From Kiloniellaceae bacterium (GTDB taxonomy: Bacteria > Pseudomonadota > Alphaproteobacteria > Kiloniellales > Kiloniellaceae), in assembly GCA_050330205.1 (NCBI GenBank), contig JBHJOA010000016.1, positions 21,637 through 85,636 of the forward strand: a stretch of 64,000 nt of DNA, read 5' to 3'. Made by a program: the position numbers and the translations under genes. A model generated the notes under the pieces. That model searched no databases and had not been told where the DNA came from. It saw only the letters and a list, made by a program, of their open reading frames with translations. The first letter of the stretch is position 1. Each line of letters begins with the position of its first letter. Below, piece by piece: positions 51,647 to 61,744 of this stretch.

Positions 51647-52825
51647 ATGAGCGAAGCCGGAGGCCCGGGGACCGCTGTACGCAGTGGCAGTTCAGCAGCA
51701 CGCCAAAGCTGGGCTCCCTGGAACGACCCGAACGAGAAGCCACACGTGCAGATCGTCGGCGTCACCAAGCGATTCGGCGATTTCGTCGCCGTCGACAACG
51801 TCTCCCTCGACATCTACAAGCGCGAGTTTTTCTCCCTGCTCGGCCCCTCGGGCTGCGGCAAGACCACGCTGCTGCGCATGCTGGCAGGATTCGAAACGCC
51901 CAGCGGAGGCCAGATCCTGCTCGAGGGCGAGGACATGTCCGGAGTGCCGCCCTACGAACGGCCGGTCAACATGATGTTCCAGTCATACGCACTCTTCCCG
52001 CACATGAACGTCGAGAAGAACATCGCCTTCGGCCTCAAGCAGGACGGCGTGCCGCGCCCCGAGATCGAGCGCCGCGTCGCCGAGGTTATCGAGATGGTCC
52101 AGTTGGGTCCCTTCGCCAAGCGCAAGCCGCACCAGCTCTCGGGCGGCCAGCGCCAACGCGTTGCCCTGGCGCGCAGCCTCGTCAAGAAGCCGAAGATGCT
52201 GCTGCTCGACGAACCGCTCGGCGCGCTCGACAAGAACCTGCGCACTCAGACGCAGTTCGAACTGATGAACATCCAGGAGGAAACCGGCATCACCTTCGTG
52301 ATCGTCACCCACGACCAGGAAGAGGCGATGACCGTGTCCAGCCGCATCGCTGTGATGGACCACGGCAAAATCGCCCAGATATCGACGCCCGGCGAACTCT
52401 ACGAATACCCGAACTCGCGCTACGTCGCCGAGTTCATCGGCGAGGTGAACATGCTGGAAGGCCGGGTCAGCCAGCGCGAGGGCGATCACTTGGTTGTAGA
52501 GAGCCAGGAAGCCGGCTGCACGATCGAGACCGGAGCCAGTGCCGACGAGCCACATGGCCGCCAGGTCTGGATCGCTTTGAGGCCGGAGAAGCTGACGATT
52601 TCCAAGGATGAGCCGCCACCGGGAACGCGCAATTGCATGACCGGCCTAGTCTGGGACATCGGCTATCTCGGCAATCTGTCCATCTATCACGTGAAGTTGG
52701 ACAGCGGAAAGATGGTGACGGCAACTCAGGCCAATATGGCCCGACTGATCGAACGGCCGATCACCTGGGAAGAGCGGGTCTACCTGACCTGGGCGCCGAG
52801 CGCCGCCGTCATGCTGCTGAGCTGA
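51647..52825 (+). CDS. potG: polyamine ABC transporter ATP-binding protein
   Basis: 392 aa. Walker A GPSGCGKTT, signature LSGGQRQR, C-terminal TOBE-like domain. Confidence 0.9.
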   Translation: MSEAGGPGTAVRSGSSAARQSWAPWNDPNEKPHVQIVGVTKRFGDFVAVDNVSLDIYKREFFSLLGPSGCGKTTLLRMLAGFETPSGGQILLEGEDMSGVPPYERPVNMMFQSYALFPHMNVEKNIAFGLKQDGVPRPEIERRVAEVIEMVQLGPFAKRKPHQLSGGQRQRVALARSLVKKPKMLLLDEPLGALDKNLRTQTQFELMNIQEETGITFVIVTHDQEEAMTVSSRIAVMDHGKIAQISTPGELYEYPNSRYVAEFIGEVNMLEGRVSQREGDHLVVESQEAGCTIETGASADEPHGRQVWIALRPEKLTISKDEPPPGTRNCMTGLVWDIGYLGNLSIYHVKLDSGKMVTATQANMARLIERPITWEERVYLTWAPSAAVMLLS

Positions 52826-52834
52826 GCCGCCGGT

Positions 52835-53863
52835 ATGCCCCCACCGCCCACTGATCAGGATCGCAGTGCCAGAGTCGCCTTCATGAGTGGGCGCAGTGTC
52901 CACGCCGGCGCGCTGGCCGGGTTGCACGCCCGACTGCTGCTGGTGCCGCTCTACAAGACCCTCAGCGCCTTGCTGCACCGTCTCGGCTTCTCCGGACGCA
53001 ACCTGGTCATCGCCGTTCCGTACCTCTGGCTGCTGGCCTTCTTCCTGGCGCCCTTTCTCATCGTCCTGAAGATCAGCCTGGCCGAAATTCAAGTGGCGAT
53101 GCCGCCCTATACGCCGTTGATTACCTTCGTCGAGGACGGCTGGATCGCCATCCATGCAACTCTCGGCAATTACCTCTTCCTTCTGGAAGACCGGCTCTAC
53201 ATCGATTCCTATATCAGCTCGCTGAGGATCGCACTGATCTCGACGCTGCTGACGCTGCTGGTCGGGTACCCCATCGCCTACGGCATGATGCGGGCGCCAC
53301 GCCGCTGGCGTTTCGCACTGCTGATGATGGTCATCCTGCCGTTCTGGACCTCTTTCCTGATCCGCGTCTATGCCTGGATCGGCATCCTGAAGAAGGAGGG
53401 GCTGCTGAACCTGGCGTTGATGCAGCTCGGACTGATCTCCGAGCCGCTTACCATCCTCAATACCGACATCGCCGTCTACATCGGCATCGTCTACTCCTAC
53501 CTGCCCTTCATGGTGCTGCCGCTCTACGCCAACCTGGAAAAGATGGACCTCAGCCTTCTGGAGGCCGCCGCAGACCTCGGCTGCCGGCCGATCAAGGCCT
53601 TTTGGGTAATCACGGTGCCGCTCTCGCTCCCTGGAATCATTGCCGGCTGCTTTCTGGTGTTCATCCCCGCCGTCGGCGAGTTCGTCATCCCCGATCTGCT
53701 CGGCGGCTCGGAGACGCTGATGATTGGCAAGACGCTGTGGAGCGAATTCTTCAACAACCGCGACTGGCCGCTTTCGTCCGCCGTCGCCGTCGTCCTGCTG
53801 CTGGTGCTGGTCATCCCGATCGTGCTGTTCCAGCGCATGCAGGAACGCAACGCCCGGGCATGA
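52835..53863 (+). CDS. potH: polyamine ABC transporter permease
   Basis: PotH-like (LVIAVPYLWLLAFFLAPFLIVLKISLAE). The start may instead be ATG 52883. Confidence 0.88.
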   Translation: MPPPPTDQDRSARVAFMSGRSVHAGALAGLHARLLLVPLYKTLSALLHRLGFSGRNLVIAVPYLWLLAFFLAPFLIVLKISLAEIQVAMPPYTPLITFVEDGWIAIHATLGNYLFLLEDRLYIDSYISSLRIALISTLLTLLVGYPIAYGMMRAPRRWRFALLMMVILPFWTSFLIRVYAWIGILKKEGLLNLALMQLGLISEPLTILNTDIAVYIGIVYSYLPFMVLPLYANLEKMDLSLLEAAADLGCRPIKAFWVITVPLSLPGIIAGCFLVFIPAVGEFVIPDLLGGSETLMIGKTLWSEFFNNRDWPLSSAVAVVLLLVLVIPIVLFQRMQERNARA

Positions 53864-53873
53864 GGACGAATCT

Positions 53874-54695
53874 ATGAAGCTCGGCCTCACCTGGTTCAAC
53901 ATCGCCTCGCTGATTCTCGGCTTCCTGTTCCTCTACCTGCCGATCGCGCTACTCATAATCTTCAGCTTCAATGAATCCCGGCTGGTCACGGTATGGGCGG
54001 GGTTTTCCACCAAGTGGTACGGCGAGATGCTCCGCAATGCAGGGCTCATGAGTGCCGCCTGGGTGACCCTCAAGGTGGCCTTTACGGCCTCCACCTTCGC
54101 CACGGTGCTCGGAACCATCGCCGGGTTGATCATGTCGCGCTTCGGTTCCTTCAGAGGGCGCACGCTGTTTTCGGGCATGATCTATGCGCCGCTGGTGATG
54201 CCGGAGGTGATCACCGGCCTCTCGCTGCTGCTGATGTTCGTCGCCATCGCGCTCGACCGCGGCTTCGTCACCGTGACCATCGCGCACATCACTTTCTCTA
54301 TGTGTTACGTGGCCGTGGTCGTACAGTCGCGCCTGGTCAGCTTCGACCGCTCAATCGAGGAAGCGGCCATGGACCTGGGCTGCCGGCCCGCACGAACCTT
54401 CTTCCAGATCACCTTGCCGATCATCGCCCCGGCGGTGGTCGCCGGCTGGCTGCTGTCCTTCACGCTGTCGCTCGACGACCTGGTGATCGCCAGTTTCACC
54501 ACCGGACCGGGGGCCACGACCCTGCCGATGAAGATCTACAGCCAGGTGCGCCTCGGCGTGACGCCGGAGATAAACGCCGTCTGCACCGTCCTCGTCGGGC
54601 TGGTCGCCGTCGGCGTCCTGACCGCCTCGATGATCACCCGCCGCCAGGAGATGCGGCGCGAGAGCGAAGAGCGAATGGCGACGGCGACCAGTTGA
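53874..54695 (+). CDS. potI: polyamine ABC transporter permease
   Basis: 273 aa from ATG 53874. PotI-like (LYLPIALLIIFSFNES). Confidence 0.9.
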   Translation: MKLGLTWFNIASLILGFLFLYLPIALLIIFSFNESRLVTVWAGFSTKWYGEMLRNAGLMSAAWVTLKVAFTASTFATVLGTIAGLIMSRFGSFRGRTLFSGMIYAPLVMPEVITGLSLLLMFVAIALDRGFVTVTIAHITFSMCYVAVVVQSRLVSFDRSIEEAAMDLGCRPARTFFQITLPIIAPAVVAGWLLSFTLSLDDLVIASFTTGPGATTLPMKIYSQVRLGVTPEINAVCTVLVGLVAVGVLTASMITRRQEMRRESEERMATATS

Positions 54696-54735
54696 GCAGT
54701 TTCCTTGCAGGCGGCGTTCCTCTACAAGCGGCGCT

Positions 54736-55956
54736 GTGATGACCCTTCTACGCTCTTTCGCTGACGTTCAAGCCCCTGGGAACCGGGTTGCGTTGATCCT
54801 GGCGGCCTTTGCCCTGCTGCTGCCGCCGCTCGGCGTACTGGCCGACAAGGCGGTGGTTCCCTTGGCCATCGCCGCCGCCGGCGCCGGTGCCTTCGCCTCC
54901 GGCCCAGCGGCCCGCCCATGGAGCAATCTCGAGCGTGATCTGACACTGGCGCTGGGCGCCTTCGCCACCTGGTGCCTGGTCTCCTCGGCTTGGACCTTCA
55001 AGCCTCTGGAAGCTGCTCCATTGGCCCTGCGGGTCGGCCTGCTGTTGTTCCTGCTGCTTTGCCTCGCCACGCTGGCACAGCGCCTGGGCACGGCGCAGCG
55101 CGGCCTGGTCGCTCGCGCCCTTTGCCTCGGCTTCGCCGCCAGCTTCCTATTCATCGCCATCGAACTCGCTTTCGGCAGCCCGATCCTCACGCTGCTGAAG
55201 GGACCGGCCGAGAGTGACTATGCTACCCTGTCGCGCCTCAATCGCGGCGTCTCGGCCGGCGTCATCCTGGTCTGGCCGCTGGCGGCCCTGGCTTGGCTGC
55301 GGGGGTATCGCTGGATCGCCCTTGCCTTGCCGGCGGCCACCTTGGGCATGACGTTGTTCTCACAGTCATCGGCCTCCATGCTGGCCCTCGGGGCCGGCGT
55401 CGCCGCCGCCTTGCTGGCGGCGCTGGGGAGGTCTGCGGCGCGTGCGGTAATGGCCGCCGCGATAGTGATGACGCTGTTCGGAAGCCCCTTCGTCGCTGGC
55501 GTTGCCCAGCAGGCCGGACTGGCCAATGGAGATGCACTGCAGGCCACTGGGAACTATCGCCTGCATGTCTGGAACGTGGTCAGCACCCGCATCGCCGAAC
55601 GACCCCTCTTCGGCTGGGGGTTCGACGCCTCGCCGGACCTTCCGACCGCCGATTTCCAGCCGTTCCGCCCTGGCGAGAAGGTGATCCCCTCTCACCCGCA
55701 CAACGGCGCCCTGCAGATTATGGTCGAAACCGGACTGGTAGGCAGTTTGCTGGTGCTGATCCTGCTGATCGTCGTCGCACGGCGGATCGATCGCCTGGAG
55801 CCGGTTCCGCGCGCCTGCGCGGTGGCCATGCTGGTCACCATCCTCGGCGTCGCCGCGACAGCCTACGGCATCTGGCAAAACCACTGGCTGACCATGATCG
55901 GCGCCTCGGCAGCGGTCTTCGTCACCGTCCTGCCCGCGGCGGAGAGAACCGGTTAG
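54736..55956 (+). CDS. O-antigen ligase (Wzy_C) family membrane protein
   Basis: 406 aa, about 10-12 TM helices. Wzy_C-type loop motif SHPHNGALQIMVETGLVG. Confidence 0.78.
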   Translation: MMTLLRSFADVQAPGNRVALILAAFALLLPPLGVLADKAVVPLAIAAAGAGAFASGPAARPWSNLERDLTLALGAFATWCLVSSAWTFKPLEAAPLALRVGLLLFLLLCLATLAQRLGTAQRGLVARALCLGFAASFLFIAIELAFGSPILTLLKGPAESDYATLSRLNRGVSAGVILVWPLAALAWLRGYRWIALALPAATLGMTLFSQSSASMLALGAGVAAALLAALGRSAARAVMAAAIVMTLFGSPFVAGVAQQAGLANGDALQATGNYRLHVWNVVSTRIAERPLFGWGFDASPDLPTADFQPFRPGEKVIPSHPHNGALQIMVETGLVGSLLVLILLIVVARRIDRLEPVPRACAVAMLVTILGVAATAYGIWQNHWLTMIGASAAVFVTVLPAAERTG

Positions 55957-57905
55957 CCGGCGCTCTCTCCGCGCGTCAGGGTAAAGGCTTGCTCGATGTA
56001 GCGGACGATGGTCTCAACGGACTCGGCGATGCTCAGCCGTGCCGTATCGACGACGAGGTCAGGGGCTTCTGGCGGCTCGTAGGGAGCGGAGACGCCGGTG
56101 AACTGTGCGATCTCGCCGGCCCTGGCCTTCTTGTAGAGGCCCTTGGGGTCGCGCCGCTCGCAGGTCTCCACGTCGGCCTGGACGTAGATCTCGTGGAAGC
56201 GGCCGGGGGCCGAGGCGCGCGCGCGGTCGCGGTCGACCCGGTAGGGCGAGATGAAGGCGGTGATGCAGATGACGCCGGAGTCGGCGAAGAGCGCCGCCGC
56301 CTCGCCGACACGGCGGATGTTCTCGGTGCGGTCCTCCGGCGAGAAGCCGAGGTTGGCATTCAGACCGCGGCGCACGTTGTCGCCGTCCAGCACATAGACC
56401 TGATAGCCCTTGGCGAAGAGCCGCTGCTCGACCTCCATGGCCAGAGTCGACTTGCCGGCGCCGGAGAGGCCGGTGAACCACAGCACGCCGCCATGATGGC
56501 CGTTGCGCGCCGCCCGGCTGTCGACCGTGAGGCGGTGCTCCACCGAGATGACGTTGGTGGACTTGACCTCCACCGCCCGGCGCTGGTCCGGCAGACCCTC
56601 CATGGAGATCACGCCGCCGCCGACGGTATCGTAGTCCTCGATCAGCACGAAGCGCCCGGTTTTGGGCAGGTCGCCGTAGTCGTCGAGCGCCAGCACCTGG
56701 CGGCTGCGCAGCGTGACCTCGGCCACGGCATTGCGCTCCACCTGGTCGCCGGCGGCATGCTCCAGGGTCTGGGTATCGACGATGCGCTCGATCGACTGCA
56801 CCGTGACCTCGGCTTCCTGGGTCAGCAGTTTCAGCTTGTAGCGGGAGCCGACGGCGAGCGGCTTGTGGCCGAGCCAGAACAGTCGGGCGTGGAACAGGTT
56901 GCTGAGCTTCGGCGGCCCCTCGACATGGCTGGCGACCTCGCCGCGCTCGACGAAAAGCTGCTCATCGAGGGTGATGCCGACCGCTTCTCCGGCGCCCGCG
57001 CTGTCGGTCCTGGCATCCTCCGGCCAGGCCTCCAGGCCGCGTACCCGCGCCGTCTTGTTCGACGGCGAGAACAGCAGGGTGTCGCCGACCGCCAGGCTGC
57101 CGCTTTCGATGCGCCCGGCCAGGATGCGCCTTGCGTCGAACTTGTAGACGTCCTGAATCGGCAGGCGCAGCGGTTGGGCCCCAAGGCCGGGATGACCGTG
57201 GAAGCCGTCGAGGGCGGAGAGCACGGTCGGGCCGTCGTACCAGGGCGTGCGGTGCGAGCGCTTGGCGATATTGTCGCCGTCGCGCGCCGAAATCGGCACG
57301 ATGACCATGGGCGTGGCGCCGATCGAGGCGAGATAATCGGTGATCTCTTCCGAGACCTCCTCGAAGCGCCCCTGATCGTAGCCGACCAGATCCATCTTGT
57401 TCACCACCACTGCGACCTGGCGGATGCCCAGCAGATGCAGCAGGTAGGCGTGGCGGCGCGACTGTTCGCGCACGCCCTCGGCGGCATCGACGACCACCAC
57501 CGCGGCATCGGCGCTGGCGGCGCCGCTGACCATGTTCTTGAGGAACTCCCGGTGGCCCGGCGCGTCGATGATCACGTAGTCGCGCAGCGCGGTCTTGAAC
57601 CAGATCTGCGTGGTGTCTATGGTCACCGCCTGGTCGCGCTCGGCCTGGAAGGCGTCGAGCACGAAGGACCATTCGATGGCCATGCCGCGGCGCGCGGAGA
57701 CCCTCTCCAGTTCTTCCACCTTGCCCGGCGGCAGGGAATCGGTGTCGTAGAGCATCCGCCCGATCAGCGTCGACTTGCCGTGGTCGACATGACCGACGAT
57801 GACGATGCGGTGCAGCGCGCGAGCGCCCTGGGTTTCAGCGTCTGGCAAGGCCTCGCCTTTCAGCTGGTCCGGCGTCAGAATTGTGGTGCCGTCGTCTTTC
57901 ATCAT
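55953..57905 (-). CDS. cysNC: bifunctional sulfate adenylyltransferase subunit 1 / adenylylsulfate kinase
   Basis: 650 aa. GTPase motifs GHVDHGKST, DAPGH, NKMD. C-terminal APS kinase P-loop GLSGAGKST. Confidence 0.93.
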   Translation of the reverse strand: MMKDDGTTILTPDQLKGEALPDAETQGARALHRIVIVGHVDHGKSTLIGRMLYDTDSLPPGKVEELERVSARRGMAIEWSFVLDAFQAERDQAVTIDTTQIWFKTALRDYVIIDAPGHREFLKNMVSGAASADAAVVVVDAAEGVREQSRRHAYLLHLLGIRQVAVVVNKMDLVGYDQGRFEEVSEEITDYLASIGATPMVIVPISARDGDNIAKRSHRTPWYDGPTVLSALDGFHGHPGLGAQPLRLPIQDVYKFDARRILAGRIESGSLAVGDTLLFSPSNKTARVRGLEAWPEDARTDSAGAGEAVGITLDEQLFVERGEVASHVEGPPKLSNLFHARLFWLGHKPLAVGSRYKLKLLTQEAEVTVQSIERIVDTQTLEHAAGDQVERNAVAEVTLRSRQVLALDDYGDLPKTGRFVLIEDYDTVGGGVISMEGLPDQRRAVEVKSTNVISVEHRLTVDSRAARNGHHGGVLWFTGLSGAGKSTLAMEVEQRLFAKGYQVYVLDGDNVRRGLNANLGFSPEDRTENIRRVGEAAALFADSGVICITAFISPYRVDRDRARASAPGRFHEIYVQADVETCERRDPKGLYKKARAGEIAQFTGVSAPYEPPEAPDLVVDTARLSIAESVETIVRYIEQAFTLTRGESAG

Positions 57906-57919
57906 CGCACCGCCTTTCC

Positions 57920-58714
57920 TTACATGTAACCCGTGGCGCGCAGGCGCTCGAAGGCGTCCTCGCGCTCGTGGTCCATCGCGCGCCCGGCGCGCTCGGAGGT
58001 ATTGGTGGAGCGCAGTTCGTCGATGATCTCGTCGATCGAGCCGGCCCGGGACTCCACCGGCGAGGTGATGTCCTCGTCGCCCAGCGAGCGGTAGCGCTTG
58101 CCGTCCTTCGACAGGTACAGCGGCACGATGGGGATGCCCTCGCGCCGGGTGTAGAGCCAGATATCCAACTCCGTCCAGTGCAGCAGCGGATGGATGCGGA
58201 TGTGGGTGCCCGGCGGGAAGTCGGTCTTGTACTGGTCCCAGAATTCCGGCGGCTGGTCGCGGAAGTCCCAGGCACCGGTCTCGCCGCGCGGGCTGAACAC
58301 CCGCTCCTTGGCCCTGGTCGCCTGCTCGTCGCGGCGGATGCCGGCGATGACGGCCTTAAGCTGGTGCTTGGCGATGGCCTGGCGCAGCCCCTCGGTCTTG
58401 CGCGCCGCCGAGCGGGCGGCGGGCGGCAGGGAAGCGTCGATCTCCTCGATCGGCGGGCAGGTCTCGCGCAGGAAATCCAGCTTCCACTCCGCCGCGTAGC
58501 GGTCGCGGAACTCGTACATCTCCTTGAATTTCTTGCCCGTATCCACGTGCATCACCGGGAAAGGCACATGCCCGAAAAAGGCCTTGCGCGCCAGCCAGAT
58601 CATCACGTTGGAATCCTTGCCCAATGACCACAGCATGGCCAGCGGCTCGATCCGCGCGTAGGCCTCGCGCAGGATGTAGACGGATTGCGCCTCCAGGGCG
58701 TCCAAATGATCCAT
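57920..58714 (-). CDS. cysD: sulfate adenylyltransferase subunit 2 (short form)
   Basis: 264 aa. PAPS-reductase-fold motif WSLGKDS. HVDTGKKF..EMYEFRD. C-terminal TSERAGRA..E.LRATGYM. Confidence 0.9.
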   Translation of the reverse strand: MDHLDALEAQSVYILREAYARIEPLAMLWSLGKDSNVMIWLARKAFFGHVPFPVMHVDTGKKFKEMYEFRDRYAAEWKLDFLRETCPPIEEIDASLPPAARSAARKTEGLRQAIAKHQLKAVIAGIRRDEQATRAKERVFSPRGETGAWDFRDQPPEFWDQYKTDFPPGTHIRIHPLLHWTELDIWLYTRREGIPIVPLYLSKDGKRYRSLGDEDITSPVESRAGSIDEIIDELRSTNTSERAGRAMDHEREDAFERLRATGYM

Positions 58715-59024
58715 AAGTAAAGATGGTCCTCAACAAATGAGAATGCTGCAAGTGCGAGGGGAACTAAGGCCATTCCTCTGGCTTATCAAGGAACATACAT
58801 GTGTCAGGTCAAGCCTCCTCAGCGGCCAGTGCGGCCCATCCCGAGATGGCAAGCGCGGCCATAAAACATTTCACCCCACAAAAATGCAAATTCTTTTCCA
58901 TACACACTTGAATAATGTGAATTGACTTCCAACCCTCGGGCAAGCCTGGCTCTTGGGCAACAGAACGCAAGACTCCTCTTCCGAGGCTATTGGCGCCTTT
59001 TGCGATGGCAGCCAGAGGCCCCGG

Positions 59025-60005
59025 CTAGACCCTATGATAGCGGCGGTACCACTCCACAAAGCGCGGAATTCCCTCGTCGATGGAAACCTGCGGCTCGAAG
59101 CCGAGGTCACGGCGCGCCGCTTCGATGTCGGCATAGGTTTCCTTCACGTCTCCGGCCTGCATCTCGGCAAACTCCCGGATCGCCGGCCTGCCGCAGGCCT
59201 GCTCGATGACCTCGACAAAGCGCAGCAGTGGTTCGGAGCGATGGTTGCCCAGGTTGTAGATCTTGTTCGGCGGCTGATCGCCGTCGCGCGCCGGCGGGCG
59301 TCCGATCGCCGCCAGCACACCGGCGACGATGTCGTCGACGTAGGTGAAGTCGCGGCGCATGTCGCCATGATTGAAGATGCGGATCGGACGCCCCTCGAAG
59401 ATCGCCTTGGTGAAGATGTAGGCCGACATGTCCGGCCGGCCCCAGGGGCCGTAGACCGTGAAGAACCGGAGCCCCGTGCAGGGCAGGTCGTAGAGGTGAG
59501 CGTAGCTGTAGGTCATCAGCTCGTCGGCGCGCTTGGTGGCGGCATAGAGCGACACCGGACTGTCGACCCGCTGTTCGACCGAGAAGGGCAGTTCCCGGTT
59601 GCCGCCGTAGACAGAGGAGGAGGAGGCATAGACGAAGTGGCGCAGCCTGGGCAGCCGCCGCGCCAGTTCCATCATGCAAAGGTGCCCCATCACGTTGCTC
59701 TCGACGTAGGCGAAGGGGTTCTCCAACGAGTAACGCACACCGGCCTGGGCGGCCAGATGGACGATCTCCGTGACCTCCGGGAACTCTGCCGCCAGCGCCA
59801 GGATGCTGTCGCGGTCCTGCACGGCGAGACGGCGGAAAGTGAAGCCGTTGCCGCCGGAAATCCTGTCGAGACGGGCCTGCTTCAGCGCCGGATCGTAATA
59901 GTCGTTCAAGTTGTCGATGCCGATCACCGCCTGGCCGCGATCGATCAGTTGGGCAGCGACTTCGGAGCCGATGAACCCGGCGGCGCCGGTGACGAGCACG
60001 CTCAT
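59025..60005 (-). CDS. NAD-dependent UDP-uronate 4-epimerase (CapI/LpsL-like)
   Basis: 326 aa from ATG 60005. VTGAAGFIGS, NLNDYYD, catalytic YAATK. Confidence 0.88.
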   Translation of the reverse strand: MSVLVTGAAGFIGSEVAAQLIDRGQAVIGIDNLNDYYDPALKQARLDRISGGNGFTFRRLAVQDRDSILALAAEFPEVTEIVHLAAQAGVRYSLENPFAYVESNVMGHLCMMELARRLPRLRHFVYASSSSVYGGNRELPFSVEQRVDSPVSLYAATKRADELMTYSYAHLYDLPCTGLRFFTVYGPWGRPDMSAYIFTKAIFEGRPIRIFNHGDMRRDFTYVDDIVAGVLAAIGRPPARDGDQPPNKIYNLGNHRSEPLLRFVEVIEQACGRPAIREFAEMQAGDVKETYADIEAARRDLGFEPQVSIDEGIPRFVEWYRRYHRV

Positions 60006-60079
60006 GCCGGCACGCCCGCCACCCGAAGGTCCCTCGCGAAATTGCGGTCGCTCACTCGCCACGCCTCCACTTGCATCGC

Positions 60080-61375
<1,296 letters not shown>

Positions 61376-61564
61376 AGCAGGCAGGTCCTCTCGTGGCCGC
61401 GGCGGCCCCTGGCGCCGCCCCCAATACCTTTCCCCCAGGGGCGCGGCAAGGCGGGGCGTGACGGCGGCGCGGCGCAGCGCGCCGACGCGGGCCCAGCGGA
61501 ACCCCGGGATTACGCCACGAGAAACCAAATAAATCAATGAAACGACTTAACAAATCATAAAATT

Positions 61565-61579
61565 GTTCATGCCATGAAC
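61565..61579. promoter_or_regulatory. perfect 15-bp palindrome GTTCATG-C-CATGAAC abutting the -35 of the capsule-gene promoter
   Basis: Perfect dyad centred about 45 nt upstream of the predicted transcription start, within the AT-rich divergent region. Confidence 0.4.
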
Positions 61580-61581
61580 GC

Positions 61582-61610
61582 TTGACAAGGCGGTGCTGCG
61601 GTTCTAGATA
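61582..61610 (+). promoter_or_regulatory. near-consensus sigma70 promoter of the Capsule_synth-like gene
   Basis: TTGACA (61582-61587), N17, TAGATA (61605-61610), preceded by an A/T-rich UP-like stretch. Confidence 0.45.
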
Positions 61611-61744
61611 GCGACGTCCCCCGCAGGCATCGTCCGGATCCCCGGTCCGGCCGCACCGGGCTAGCGGCGGCAGCCACGCGGGGACCGCGGCACAGGATCG
61701 GGCGACCGGCGGCTCCGCCCGGCCGCGCCTCGAGGAAGGTAGTC

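Noticed and set aside
55293-57929. 878-aa ORF on the plus strand, the longest ORF in this part of the window
   Set aside because: It is entirely antisense to cysNC. Its translation is R/G/A/D-rich and low-complexity with no recognisable motif, while the minus-strand frame carries unambiguous GTPase and APS kinase motifs. This is a typical shadow ORF of high-GC DNA.
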